Origin: an uncultured Alphaproteobacteria bacterium | GTDB taxonomy: Bacteria; Pseudomonadota; Alphaproteobacteria; HIMB59; GCA-002718135 | Direction of reading: 5' to 3' | Length of the DNA stretch: 64,000 nucleotides | Assembly: GCA_902580765.1 (NCBI GenBank) | Contig: CACHLW010000003.1 | Location: 8,168 to 72,167 of the forward strand | In this document: positions 1 through 9,432 of the stretch, piece by piece | Position numbering within the stretch: the stretch's first letter is position 1 | Layout of the letters: each line of letters starts with the position of its first letter | Notes under the pieces: generated by a model | Told to the model about the DNA's origin: nothing | Database searches by the model: none | What the model saw: the letters and a program-made list of their open reading frames with translations, nothing else | Made by a program: the position numbers and the translations under genes

Positions 1-284
1 CCTGCTGGTCCTTTAAGAATTTTATTTTCAACTCCAACATGCCATATAGAATAAAAGAGACCGTAAACTGAAGCTAATTGAATCAATAAATAAAACACAA
101 ATTTATTTAAATTTTTAATAATAATAATAAAAACTAAACTTACTAAAATTAAATAATATGGATGTCTTTGTTTTAAACACAACTCACATGGTTGAAGATT
201 AAAGAAGTACTCTGCAATTAAAGCGGATGATATCGAAATTAGGGAAATGATAAATAAAAGCAAAGTCCAATTACGAATGATCAT
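1..284 (-). CDS. DsbB-family disulfide bond formation protein (N-terminal part; gene runs off the window start)
   Basis: Hand translation of the minus strand from ATG at 284 gives MIIRNWTLLLFIISLISISSALIAEYFFNLQPCELCLKQRHPYYLILVS...SIWHVGVENKILKGPAG. A TM helix is followed by C-x-x-C and an HVGVE motif, as in DsbB/BdbC proteins. ATGA overlap with the stop of the upstream DedA gene. Absent from the ORF track because it is truncated. Confidence 0.6.
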   Translation of the reverse strand, partial: MIIRNWTLLLFIISLISISSALIAEYFFNLQPCELCLKQRHPYYLILVSLVFIIIIKNLNKFVFYLLIQLASVYGLFYSIWHVGVENKILKGPA

Positions 285-865
285 AAAAATCTAATTATAA
301 AAACACTTCCAACAAGTAAAATAAAAAATGTAATAGATAAGATATTAAAATATTTATCAATAAATAGTTTTATTTTTTCACCAAAAAAATACAACAATAT
401 TGCAATTAAATAAAATCTAAGACCTCTACCAATTATAGAAACTATAACAAATAGGTAAATATTTAATCCAAATACACCACTTGCAATTGTAATAAACTTA
501 TAAGGAAATGGAGTTATACCAGCGCCCAAAACAATCAAAATGCCAAATTCTTTATAATAATTTTCAAAAATACTAAACGAATTTTCTAAATGATAAAATT
601 CAACTATATACAAACCAATTGAATTGAAAAAAAAATATCCAATTGCATATCCAAAGATACCTCCTAGAACTGAAGACAAAGTACAGATAAAAGCATAAAA
701 TAAAGCTTTCGTTTTTGAAGCCAATGCCATTGGTATCAAAAGTATATCTGGTGGAATTGGAAAAAATGAACTCTCGGCAAATGATATTAAACTTAAATAC
801 CACTTTGCATTTTTATGTTGTGTTTTTTCTAAAGTCCAATTGTAAGTTCTTTTAAGAAAATTCAT
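281..865 (-). CDS. DedA/YqaA family inner membrane protein
   Basis: 194 aa, multi-TM. Contains the motif ISFAESSFFPIPPDILLIPMAL typical of the DedA (SNARE-associated) family. Confidence 0.75.
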   Translation of the reverse strand: MNFLKRTYNWTLEKTQHKNAKWYLSLISFAESSFFPIPPDILLIPMALASKTKALFYAFICTLSSVLGGIFGYAIGYFFFNSIGLYIVEFYHLENSFSIFENYYKEFGILIVLGAGITPFPYKFITIASGVFGLNIYLFVIVSIIGRGLRFYLIAILLYFFGEKIKLFIDKYFNILSITFFILLVGSVFIIRFL

Positions 866-941
866 TTTATTTATTTTTTTTAATAATTTTGATTTATACT
901 ATTAATGATTTTAAATCTAAATTATCATAAAAATTACCTAA

Positions 942-2099
942 ATGAAAAATATAGAGATTAAAGAATTAAAAACTGCATTTTATGCAACCTTTTCACAAGG
1001 GTTCTTTGCAACATTAACCTTCAGTATGTTCATGGTAAATTCACCAATTCTTTTTGATTTGATTGATATGACAAAAACAGAATTTTCTATAGGATTTATT
1101 ATTTTTGGTATTTGTAATGTAATTACAAACCAACTAACAACACGTTTTTTACTCCCAAAAATAGGAAGCACAAACTGTTTAATAATAGCAAGGTTATTGT
1201 ACGCATTTATTCCATTTTCTATTTTTTACTTCTCTTCTTATAATTTTTTTATTTTTGTATCTATGTTGTGGGGTATTTCTATTGGCATACAAGCACCAAA
1301 TATTTTTACACAAGTTGCGATAATAGAAGAGAAAACAAAAAAAATTCTTAATCCAATATTTAAATCATCCTTTAATTTTGGTTTTCTTATTGGGGCAGGA
1401 ATATCTAGTTTATGTCTTGGTTTAGAAATTGACCCTGTCTATACTACTTTTATTGTAGGTTTGTTTGTTTTTATATCAACTTTGACTATGCATTTCTTTG
1501 GATTGAATATAAAATATGATGTTGTTAATAAGAACCCAAGATTTTCAATTCCAAATTTTAAAATTATCATGTTTGCATCAATTAACATGTGTATTATTGC
1601 ATTTATGGGAATAATAATTCAATGGTCACCTTTATGGCTCGTTACTGATCTTTCTGCTCCAATTTTTTTAGTAGGCTCAATAGTTATTTTTTTTAATTTA
1701 GGTGAGATCATAAGTAATATATTTGCATCAAAACTAATTACAAAATTTGGTGAAGTAATTGTTGGTCCATGTTTTGCAATGATTGGTTCAATAATATTAG
1801 TGTTAAGTATTTTTACTCAAAATATTTTTATTATCTTTACAGCTATAACACTTTTTGGAATGTTAATTTCCAACGTTATGCCTATCGTATTTAGGCAGGC
1901 TGTTAAATATTCTCAAAATCCAATCCCAGTTACTATTTCTCATGTATCCAGCATTGCTTTTGTTGGCGCTATATTTGGGCCGGCTGTTGTTGGGATATCA
2001 GCTGAAACTTTTGGTTTAACGTTTAATATGTATGCTTTAGGATTTATAATGTTTTTAATTTCGTTATTAATGTTTTTTATTATGAATAAAAAAACATGA
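942..2099 (+). CDS. Polytopic membrane protein, MFS-like transporter
   Basis: 385 aa with about 12 hydrophobic segments in a two-halves arrangement. No clear MFS signature loop was seen, so the family call is tentative. Confidence 0.5.
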   Translation: MKNIEIKELKTAFYATFSQGFFATLTFSMFMVNSPILFDLIDMTKTEFSIGFIIFGICNVITNQLTTRFLLPKIGSTNCLIIARLLYAFIPFSIFYFSSYNFFIFVSMLWGISIGIQAPNIFTQVAIIEEKTKKILNPIFKSSFNFGFLIGAGISSLCLGLEIDPVYTTFIVGLFVFISTLTMHFFGLNIKYDVVNKNPRFSIPNFKIIMFASINMCIIAFMGIIIQWSPLWLVTDLSAPIFLVGSIVIFFNLGEIISNIFASKLITKFGEVIVGPCFAMIGSIILVLSIFTQNIFIIFTAITLFGMLISNVMPIVFRQAVKYSQNPIPVTISHVSSIAFVGAIFGPAVVGISAETFGLTFNMYALGFIMFLISLLMFFIMNKKT

Positions 2100-2192
2100 T
2101 CAGTAATGATTAGTATTAAACAATAAAATTAAATTAAATAAATTTCAAAATTTTAACTTGTTAAAAATTATTATTTTTATAAAAATACTTTA

Positions 2193-3170
2193 ATGGAATA
2201 TGTAAAGTGTAACTTCTGTAATTCGTCAAATTACAAAATAATTACCAATTCAAAAGATTTAATACACAATACATCAAATGAAATTTTTTCAATTGTAGAA
2301 TGTTTAAAATGTGGTTTAAATTTTACTAATCCTAGACCTCCAATTACTGAAATAGATAAATATTATTCATCTGATTATTCATTTTTTAAAGATGATAATA
2401 TTTTTAAGTCAATCTATCGGAAAATTTTTATTTGGATTTCAGAAAAAGATTTCCTTTGTTATATTTTTAATAAAGTACCTTGGTTTAGGAAAAAAATTAT
2501 ATTTCACCTAAAAACAAAGTCATTTAAATGCCCACAAAAAATTAAGCCAGACGATGTTTTTCTTGATATAGGTTCAGGTAGTGGTGTTGGCAATACTCAC
2601 TGGTGGGGACCACAGGAATCATTAAAGGAATATAATAAATGGAATAAGACAATATACGCTGTTGAACCTAATAAAAAAGCACATAAAATTTTAAAAAATT
2701 ATGTTTTAAAATCTTTCCACTCAATAGATGATATTGAAGAAAATATTTTTTTTGATAAAATTCGTTTAAATTGGTCTTTAGAACATGTTCACGATCCAGC
2801 AAAATATTTTAAATTTTTTTCAAAAAAATTAAAAAAAAATGGTGAGATTTTAATTTGTATTCCTAATTTTGATGGACACATTTATAGGATTGACCCATCA
2901 CTTTCAGAATTACCTATCCATTTGTACCACTTTAAATTAAAAAATATTCAAGATTATTGTAGCAAAAACAAATTAAAGATTTGCTACTTTAGAACTTTCT
3001 CTTATGTAAATATGTATTATTTCTCTTCATTAATATTTAAAAATGAATACTTTGATCAATTTAAAAATATTTCTATAAATTCATTAAAAAAATTTCAAAA
3101 ATATCTAGATAAGATTGATGATAAAAATTTAGGAAATGACATGATCTTAAAAATAACACATGATTGGTAA
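2193..3170 (+). CDS. Class I SAM-dependent methyltransferase with N-terminal Cys4 zinc ribbon
   Basis: CNFCNS...CLKCG zinc-ribbon pairs at the N-terminus, then motif I VFLDIGSGSG. Extremely Lys/Asn/Ile/Phe-rich. Confidence 0.6.
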   Translation: MEYVKCNFCNSSNYKIITNSKDLIHNTSNEIFSIVECLKCGLNFTNPRPPITEIDKYYSSDYSFFKDDNIFKSIYRKIFIWISEKDFLCYIFNKVPWFRKKIIFHLKTKSFKCPQKIKPDDVFLDIGSGSGVGNTHWWGPQESLKEYNKWNKTIYAVEPNKKAHKILKNYVLKSFHSIDDIEENIFFDKIRLNWSLEHVHDPAKYFKFFSKKLKKNGEILICIPNFDGHIYRIDPSLSELPIHLYHFKLKNIQDYCSKNKLKICYFRTFSYVNMYYFSSLIFKNEYFDQFKNISINSLKKFQKYLDKIDDKNLGNDMILKITHDW

Positions 3171-3174
3171 TTGT

Positions 3175-3259
3175 TGGTAGGAGTAGAGGGAATCGAACCC
3201 ACACCACCGAAGTGACCGGATTTTGAATCCGGCGCGTCTACCAGTTCCGCCATACTCCC
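3175..3259 (-). tRNA. tRNA-Leu(CAA), copy 1, CCA encoded
   Basis: Minus strand reads GGGAGTATGGCGGAACTGGTAGACGCGCCGGATTCAAAATCCGGTCACTTCGGTGGTGTGGGTTCGATTCCCTCTACTCCTACCA. It has a 7-bp acceptor stem, an anticodon stem CCGGA/TCCGG with loop TTCAAAA, a long variable arm (type II) and a GGTTCGATTCC T-arm. Confidence 0.9.
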
Positions 3260-3301
3260 AGTTTTTTTTTATCTACATTTGGTTTTTAGTTTTAAGTCTA
3301 T
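3175..3301. repeat. Direct repeat copy A (tRNA-Leu plus its upstream promoter-proximal region)
   Basis: The 85-nt tRNA is identical to 4631-4715. The flank ttggtttttagttttaagtctat (3279-3301) matches ttggtttttaactttaagtctat (4738-4760) at 21/23 positions, with weaker similarity for about 20 nt more. Confidence 0.85.
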
Positions 3302-3447
3302 TAGCTTTTTAAGCAAATTTAAAAAAAAGGTCAAAAAAGTGTCTCTAGAATTTAAAAAAAAAATCATTAATGATCTAAATATAAATTAAATGATTAAAAT
3401 TAAAAATTGTTAATTACTAGAAGATGATGGGCACTACTTAAATTATT

Positions 3448-4482
3448 ATGAGTCCAATTGACACTAAAGAATATTTAAATTTTGTAAATGCCTCATTAAA
3501 AAAAATGGACGAGGGTTTTTATGATGAATCATTGATTGATTTAAAGAAAGTAATATCTTCTAATTTCTTTAAAAAATTAAAAACCAATGATCAGCTTTTT
3601 ATTAGAAAAAGAATTAGCTGGATACAATTAACACTTGGTTATTATGATGAGGGTTGGAATAATTTTGTTTATAATTGGATAAAGGACTCTCATAAATTTA
3701 AGAAAATTTATGAGCAAAACAATTCAATTAAATATTTAATAAATTTTAATCAAATAAAAAAAAATGAAAAATTACTCATATGGAATGATGGTGGATTTGG
3801 TGATTATATATATCAGTTAAGATTTTTAGTACATTTAGTTAATAGAATAGATTTTAAAATTTATGATAGTAAAATGAGTCATTTATTAAAGGATAAAGAT
3901 TTAATAGTATCAAATTCCAAAAAATTTGATTGGCATTTACCAATGAATCAGCTTCCCAGAATATTGAACTACAACCCCACAAAATATTCTAGCTTCAACT
4001 ACAACTATTTGATCCAGCCTTTTAAAAAATATCAACAATTCAAAAATCATGTTGCTTTATGTTATAAAACTAATACGAGTAAGGCTAAATCGATAGATTA
4101 CGAGTTATTAGAAAAATTATTTTTTGAAAAAAAAAATATTAATTTTTTAATACTTTCTAAAGATTTTGATAAGAAAGAATTTTCATTTCTTTCGTCTTTC
4201 AAAAATATATCTTTTGTAAAAAATTTGGATAAGTCGAATCTTTTTATTGATACTTTTAATATTCTGAACTCTGTTAAATACGTTATTTCGGTAGATACGG
4301 CAGTAACCCATATTGCAGGTTATTTAGGTAAAAAAAACTATTTACTATTACGTAAACCAGGATCATTTTATTGGGGAGTAAAAGAAAAAAAAAGCCCAGA
4401 CTATCCAAATCATATTATTTTAAGACAAAAAACTGTTGGAAATTGGATCTCAGTAATTGATGATGTAATAAAATTAATTTAA
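3448..4482 (+). CDS. Hypothetical protein with glycosyltransferase family 9-like (heptosyltransferase-fold) features
   Basis: 344 aa. WNDGGFGDYIYQLRF and SVDTAVTHIAGYLGKK resemble the two conserved blocks of GT9-like/TPR-associated glycosyltransferases. Very AT-rich. Lies between the two tRNA-Leu copies. Confidence 0.45.
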   Translation: MSPIDTKEYLNFVNASLKKMDEGFYDESLIDLKKVISSNFFKKLKTNDQLFIRKRISWIQLTLGYYDEGWNNFVYNWIKDSHKFKKIYEQNNSIKYLINFNQIKKNEKLLIWNDGGFGDYIYQLRFLVHLVNRIDFKIYDSKMSHLLKDKDLIVSNSKKFDWHLPMNQLPRILNYNPTKYSSFNYNYLIQPFKKYQQFKNHVALCYKTNTSKAKSIDYELLEKLFFEKKNINFLILSKDFDKKEFSFLSSFKNISFVKNLDKSNLFIDTFNILNSVKYVISVDTAVTHIAGYLGKKNYLLLRKPGSFYWGVKEKKSPDYPNHIILRQKTVGNWISVIDDVIKLI

Positions 4483-4630
4483 AATATTATATAATTATGA
4501 ATTTCTTCTGAAATTTATTTTTAGCCACTATCAAGTAGGTTATAAAACATTAATTAAATCAAACTTAAAATGAAGAGTGTCATATGAGTGTCGCTACTTT
4601 ATTTTAAAAAGATGAAAGGTCAGTTTTTGA

Positions 4631-4715
4631 TGGTAGGAGTAGAGGGAATCGAACCCACACCACCGAAGTGACCGGATTTTGAATCCGGCGCGTCTACCAG
4701 TTCCGCCATACTCCC
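4631..4715 (-). tRNA. tRNA-Leu(CAA), copy 2, CCA encoded
   Basis: 85/85 nt identical to 3175-3259. Confidence 0.9.
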
Positions 4716-4760
4716 AAGAAATTTTTCTAAGTATTACTTGGTTTTTAACTTTAAGTCTAT
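4631..4760. repeat. Direct repeat copy B (tRNA-Leu plus upstream region)
   Basis: See copy A. The repeat period is 1456 bp. On the minus strand, TAGACT-N17-TAATAC upstream of the tRNA could be its promoter (weak call). Confidence 0.85.
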
Positions 4761-5039
4761 GGACTTATTTCAAGAAATTAATATCGTAGGGCAACAAAAG
4801 GGTAAAATTTCAATTGGAAATTTCTTATGATTATTTATGCTAAAACAAATAAAGATATTTAAAACCTTACTAATAAATTAATGAAAAAATATACAGAATT
4901 ATTAAATCTATAATTCAAAATGTTTATGCTGTAGGTCAACAATAATACTTAATCAACAAACTCTATATATTAACATTATAATTGTTGTTATTTATTAAAA
5001 ACCTCAATAAGGTCAATCTTTGTTTATCTAGGAGGGTTA

Positions 5040-5396
5040 ATGAAGAAATTAGGTGCAATATTACTACTAACACTTTTTGTCTTTTCATGTGCAAGTCAAC
5101 CTGATGACATTGGCGCCATATATGTTTCACCAGCTGCGTACTCAAGTTATGATTGTTCTCAAGTTGAAACTGCTCTGAGAACTAAAAATACTAGGTTATC
5201 TCAGCTATATAGTAAGTTAAAAGATGAAGCTGATGCTGATGCATGGCAGACAGGAGTAGGTTTATTTTTATTTTGGCCAACATTATTTTTCCTTGAAGGA
5301 AATGATGGACCTGAAGCCGAAGAGTATAGACGCTTGAAAGGTGAAGTTACTGCACTTCAAGAAGTTGCAACTCAAAAAAAATGTGGATTTGAATAA
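5040..5396 (+). CDS. Small lipoprotein of unknown function
   Basis: 118 aa. Signal peptide with lipobox LFVFSC-AS. Strong SD AGGAGGG 5 nt upstream. Confidence 0.6.
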   Translation: MKKLGAILLLTLFVFSCASQPDDIGAIYVSPAAYSSYDCSQVETALRTKNTRLSQLYSKLKDEADADAWQTGVGLFLFWPTLFFLEGNDGPEAEEYRRLKGEVTALQEVATQKKCGFE

Positions 5397-5413
5397 TCTA
5401 AAAATTCTAATAA

Positions 5414-5438
5414 ATGTGTCGGATAAAGTCCGACACAT
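5414..5438. terminator. Bidirectional hairpin terminator between convergent genes
   Basis: atgtgtcgga-taaag-tccgacacat forms a perfect 10-bp stem. It is A-rich upstream and T-rich downstream, and sits between 5040-5396(+) and 5459-6067(-). Confidence 0.6.
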
Positions 5439-5458
5439 ATTATTTAATCTTTAATTTC

Positions 5459-6067
5459 TTATTCGGGGCGCTTTAAATTAAATTTTGAAGATACTGTTGA
5501 ATATTCAGAATAACCCATTCTAGAAATATACCGCATTGATACACTGTCTATTCTTCCATTTTGTATAAACTTATTGTTAATATAAATTCCAACAACTTCA
5601 CCTATAACCATGGTAGAAAGTTTTTTAGTATTTGTTTTAAGTTTTAATGTTTTAAGTAACTTACACTCTAAATTAACTGGGCTATCATTAACCGATGGGG
5701 GTTTAACAAGTTTTGATTTTCTTTTTTTTAACTTTGCAAAAACAAATTCATCTTCATTAGGTTTGTAATTTGATGAACTTATATTCATCGCATCTCTTGT
5801 ATTTTTAGTGGCAAAATTAACAACAAATTCTTTTGTTGAAAGTATATTTGTAAGTGAATCCTTATAGCCACCATATGAAGATTCTCCATTTGAACAAAAC
5901 ATTACTTGCGGAGGTTCATCTGCAATGGCATTGAAATACGAGTAGGGAGCTACATTCGCAACTCCATTTTTACTTACAGAAGAAATCCAACCAATAGGTC
6001 TAGGAAAAATAAGAGCCTTGTATGGATCAATTTTAAATGGATGACCTTTTTTGGGTTCGTAAAACAT
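5459..6067 (-). CDS. Flavin reductase-like (FMN-binding split-barrel) domain protein
   Basis: 202 aa. PRPIGWISS...GVANVAPYSYFN is typical of the COG1853 flavin reductase family. Confidence 0.75.
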   Translation of the reverse strand: MFYEPKKGHPFKIDPYKALIFPRPIGWISSVSKNGVANVAPYSYFNAIADEPPQVMFCSNGESSYGGYKDSLTNILSTKEFVVNFATKNTRDAMNISSSNYKPNEDEFVFAKLKKRKSKLVKPPSVNDSPVNLECKLLKTLKLKTNTKKLSTMVIGEVVGIYINNKFIQNGRIDSVSMRYISRMGYSEYSTVSSKFNLKRPE

Positions 6068-6068
6068 T

Positions 6069-6488
6069 CTAATTCTTTGAGTATGATTTTGCGTACTCTT
6101 TTATTTTTTCTAGCATTGAATATACACCATTTCTTCTACCCGGTGTTAAGAGCGTATCTAATTCAAGAATATTTAGCATATTAAAATCAGAGTTTTTTAT
6201 CTCAACAGGATTTCTATCACCATAAATATCACATAAAATGGTTACCATTCCTTTTGATATAAAAGCATCAGAGTCATAATAAAAAGAAAGAATATTTTCA
6301 TTTAATTTCGGAACAAGCCATACCTGTGCTTGACACCCAGAGACTTTAAAAGTTTCATCTCTATATTCTTCTGGAAATTTTTTTGCTTTTTTTGCTTGGT
6401 CAATTAAAAATTTGTATTTATCCATTCCATCGTCGAACAAATCTAGGCTATTTTTGTAGTAATTTATTTTTTCTTCTATTGTTTTCAT
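6069..6488 (-). CDS. sufE: SufE-like cysteine desulfuration (sulfur acceptor) protein
   Basis: 139 aa. Contains the VSGCQAQVWL active-site Cys motif of SufE/CsdE. ATGA overlap with galT. Confidence 0.8.
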   Translation of the reverse strand: MKTIEEKINYYKNSLDLFDDGMDKYKFLIDQAKKAKKFPEEYRDETFKVSGCQAQVWLVPKLNENILSFYYDSDAFISKGMVTILCDIYGDRNPVEIKNSDFNMLNILELDTLLTPGRRNGVYSMLEKIKEYAKSYSKN

Positions 6489-7534
6489 GACATAAATTTT
6501 CTTAACACTTTAGCAGAATCTTCAGGCAATACATCCATTATAAAAACACCAGCCATTGACTCAGAACCTGCTAAAATTTTTGGTTTATCCCCGTGTCGTA
6601 ATGGTGGATAAAATTCTACATGAAAATGAAAGTCACTATCATTTAATTCAGGAGATGCGTGTAAACCCATTATGTATGGACATCTTTTATTAAGAAAATT
6701 ATCATATCCTTTAACGACTTGCTGAATACATTTAGAAAAATCTTCAATTTGGTCATCATTAAATTTCCATGGACCTTCAATTTGATTTCTTGGTATTATC
6801 CATACCTCATAAGCATATCTAGCAAAGGGTGGTACAGCAGCAACAAAATTGTCATTTTGATACACATAGTATTTCTCCTCTAGCTGCTTCATAATTTTAA
6901 TTAAAAAATTCTCTTTTTTAAATGCCCTTATTTCTTTTTCAATTGCAGGAGGAATAAAAGGATAAGCATAAATTTGACCATGTGGATGATGAAGAGTAAC
7001 ACCACATTCTTCCCCTCTATTTTCAAAAGGCAAAATATATTTAACATCAGGTTTTTTTTGCAACTCCGTATATCTATCAATCCAAACTTTAGTTAATAAT
7101 TCTACTCTCTCTAAAGGCATTTCAGAAATTGTATCAAGATGTGCTGGGGAATAGACAACAACTTCACATTCTCCTTTTGAAGGTTTACTAAAAATTTTTT
7201 CTAAAAATATATTTTCTCCATTGGGATTAAAGCTAGCCCAACGATTTGGAAAGACTGCAACTTCGAAGTTTGAAAATGGTATTTCTGTCGGATAATTTAA
7301 ATTTGCTCCTGGACAAAGTGGACAATATTCTTTTGGTGGAAATGAAGTTCTATCTTTTCTTCCTGCTGAGTAGGTAACCCATTCTTCTCTTGAAGGGTTC
7401 CATCTCATATGAGGTTTAGGAATTTCTGTTATCTCAAGTTCTTGGCTTGGGGACTCTATGTGTTCCTTATACCCATAAAGATAAAGTTCTTTTTTATCAT
7501 TTCTTATAAAAATTCTTTTATGTATCTGATTCAT
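6485..7534 (-). CDS. galT: Galactose-1-phosphate uridylyltransferase
   Basis: 349 aa. Zn motif CPLCPG and catalytic HHPHGQIYAYPF (H-x-H-x-Q) of the class I GalT/HIT superfamily. Confidence 0.85.
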   Translation of the reverse strand: MNQIHKRIFIRNDKKELYLYGYKEHIESPSQELEITEIPKPHMRWNPSREEWVTYSAGRKDRTSFPPKEYCPLCPGANLNYPTEIPFSNFEVAVFPNRWASFNPNGENIFLEKIFSKPSKGECEVVVYSPAHLDTISEMPLERVELLTKVWIDRYTELQKKPDVKYILPFENRGEECGVTLHHPHGQIYAYPFIPPAIEKEIRAFKKENFLIKIMKQLEEKYYVYQNDNFVAAVPPFARYAYEVWIIPRNQIEGPWKFNDDQIEDFSKCIQQVVKGYDNFLNKRCPYIMGLHASPELNDSDFHFHVEFYPPLRHGDKPKILAGSESMAGVFIMDVLPEDSAKVLRKFMS

Positions 7535-8501
7535 TAATTTTTTCTTCCCATCTAATTGAAGAATTTATAATTTCACTTAGATCATTATGTTTTGGTCTCC
7601 AATCAATATGTTTTAATATTTTTGATGTATCTGCAATTAATTTTTCAACATCTCCATCTCTTCTGTTTGAAAATTTATAATCAATTTTATCTTTTGAAAT
7701 TTTATTTGCAGTATTTATAACATCTAAAACACTAAAACCATTTCCATACCCACAATTAAATAAATTAGATTCTGAACTTTCTAATAAATATTTTGCAACT
7801 TCTAAGTGGATATCAGCAAGATCAGAGACATGAATATAGTCTCTGATAGCTGTTCCATCAGGCGTATTATAATCATTCCCAAATATTTCAATATGATCTC
7901 TTTTACCTACAACTACTTCAGATATAATTTTTATTAAATGTGTTGATCTTTTAGATATTTGACCTGATCTTAATTTTTTATCAGCACCAGCAACGTTAAA
8001 GTATCGTAATATAATAAATTTGTAGTCATCTTTATTTTCAAATAAAAAATTTTCTGTTTTTATTTTAGATTCAGCATATGGATTTTGAGGGTTTAAATTT
8101 GTATTTTCATCTATTAATTTATTTTCATTTACTGATCCATATGCAGCAGCTGTTGAAGAAAATACTATTTTATTTAATCCATTATTTTTACAAGTTTCAA
8201 ATAGTTTAGTTGCATTTTCAGTATTATTATCAAAATATTTCTGCGGATATTTTACAGATTCCTCAACTTGAATAAAACCAGCAAAGTGCATTAACAAATC
8301 AAGGCCATTAGATTTTATAAGCTCAGAAATTACTTTTTCATCATTAATATTACAATTTGTAAAAAATGCATTTTTAGGAATAAGACTTTCGTTACCAGTA
8401 GATAAATTATCAATAATATGAACATTATGACCAGCATCTAGAAGAGAAAGAGCGGCATGACTACCAATGTAGCCTGCCCCACCTGTTAAAAGAACATTCA
8501 T
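7518..8501 (-). CDS. galE: UDP-glucose 4-epimerase
   Basis: 327 aa. MNVLLTGGAGYIGSH Rossmann motif, a YAESK (Y-x-x-x-K) motif and extended-SDR length. Its 3' end overlaps the galT start by 17 nt. Confidence 0.85.
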   Translation of the reverse strand: MNVLLTGGAGYIGSHAALSLLDAGHNVHIIDNLSTGNESLIPKNAFFTNCNINDEKVISELIKSNGLDLLMHFAGFIQVEESVKYPQKYFDNNTENATKLFETCKNNGLNKIVFSSTAAAYGSVNENKLIDENTNLNPQNPYAESKIKTENFLFENKDDYKFIILRYFNVAGADKKLRSGQISKRSTHLIKIISEVVVGKRDHIEIFGNDYNTPDGTAIRDYIHVSDLADIHLEVAKYLLESSESNLFNCGYGNGFSVLDVINTANKISKDKIDYKFSNRRDGDVEKLIADTSKILKHIDWRPKHNDLSEIINSSIRWEEKINESDT

Positions 8502-8589
8502 TTCTTCATTTTAAATTATTATTAAACTATTTGAACATGTATTAACAAAAAATAGTTTTATACTAAAAAATATTGTGGTAAGTTCAATT

Positions 8590-9432
8590 ATGGAACTAAT
8601 AGATACTCACCAACATTTGATGTATCGAGATCAAGTTGGATACAGTTGGGCTAATGAATTTCCGCCAATTGATAAAGGAAATTTTACCATCGAAGATTAT
8701 AAAGAACTTACTAAAGATTTTGATATCAAAGGTACATTATTTATGGAAACGGGTGTCGATGATTCTGATTACAAAAAAGAAACTAAGTTTATAAAATCAA
8801 TAATGGATAAACCTAATAGCAATATTAAAGGTCTAATTGTTTCTATAAGACCAGAAGAAAAAAATGGTTTTGATGAATGGTTAGAAGAAACTATTTCAAT
8901 GAATGTTTCTGGTTATAGAAGAATCTTTCATACAATGCCTAATGAAACATCACAATCATCTCTTTGCAAAGAAAACGTAAAAAAAATAGGAGCTGCAGGA
9001 AAACCTTTTGATATTTGTTACCTGCCAACACAGCTTGGAATTGCAGCAGAATTTGCTAAAGCATGTGATCAGATGGATTTAGTTTTAAATCACTGTGGAG
9101 TTCCTCCAATTGCATCTGGTGAGATGGATGAATGGGGAAAAGGAATTAGAAATCTTTCAGAAATACCAAATGTAACATGCAAACTATCTGGTATAATGGC
9201 TTATTGCGCGCCGGGTACATCGTCTTACGAAACAATTAAGCCATACGTTGATCATGTGCTAGAATGTTTTGGTCCTGATAGGATGGTATGGGGAAGTGAC
9301 TGGCCCGTTGTCAATGCTGGAAAAGGGATACAAGAATGGATAAAAGTAACTCATACTATATTGGGTAATCTTTCAGACGACGAAGCAAAAAAAATTGCTA
9401 GTTCTAATGCTGAAAGAATTTACAAAATCTAA
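8590..9432 (+). CDS. Amidohydrolase-2 family metal-dependent hydrolase, candidate sugar (L-fucono/L-rhamnono) lactonase
   Basis: Has IDTHQHL at the N-terminus and VWGSDWPV near the C-terminus (Amidohydrolase_2). The ORF track starts at GTG 8575; ATG 8590 (MELIDTHQH) is the more typical start. Lactonase activity is inferred from context only. Confidence 0.65.
   Translation: MELIDTHQHLMYRDQVGYSWANEFPPIDKGNFTIEDYKELTKDFDIKGTLFMETGVDDSDYKKETKFIKSIMDKPNSNIKGLIVSIRPEEKNGFDEWLEETISMNVSGYRRIFHTMPNETSQSSLCKENVKKIGAAGKPFDICYLPTQLGIAAEFAKACDQMDLVLNHCGVPPIASGEMDEWGKGIRNLSEIPNVTCKLSGIMAYCAPGTSSYETIKPYVDHVLECFGPDRMVWGSDWPVVNAGKGIQEWIKVTHTILGNLSDDEAKKIASSNAERIYKI

Noticed and set aside
3175-4760. tRNA-Leu duplication as attL/attR of an integrated genomic island or prophage
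   Set aside because: Integration normally duplicates only the 3' portion of the tRNA. Here the entire tRNA and its upstream region are duplicated. The 1.4-kb insert has a single gene and no integrase, excisionase or phage genes. It is kept as a tandem-duplication finding instead.
5906-6184. 92-aa plus-strand ORF spanning the flavin reductase/sufE junction. Other alternative-frame or antisense ORFs are at 21404-21655, 18455-18637, 31709-31891, 27218-27505 and 63586-63807.
   Set aside because: They overlap confidently assigned genes in another frame or on the opposite strand, and their sequences are low-complexity with no family resemblance.
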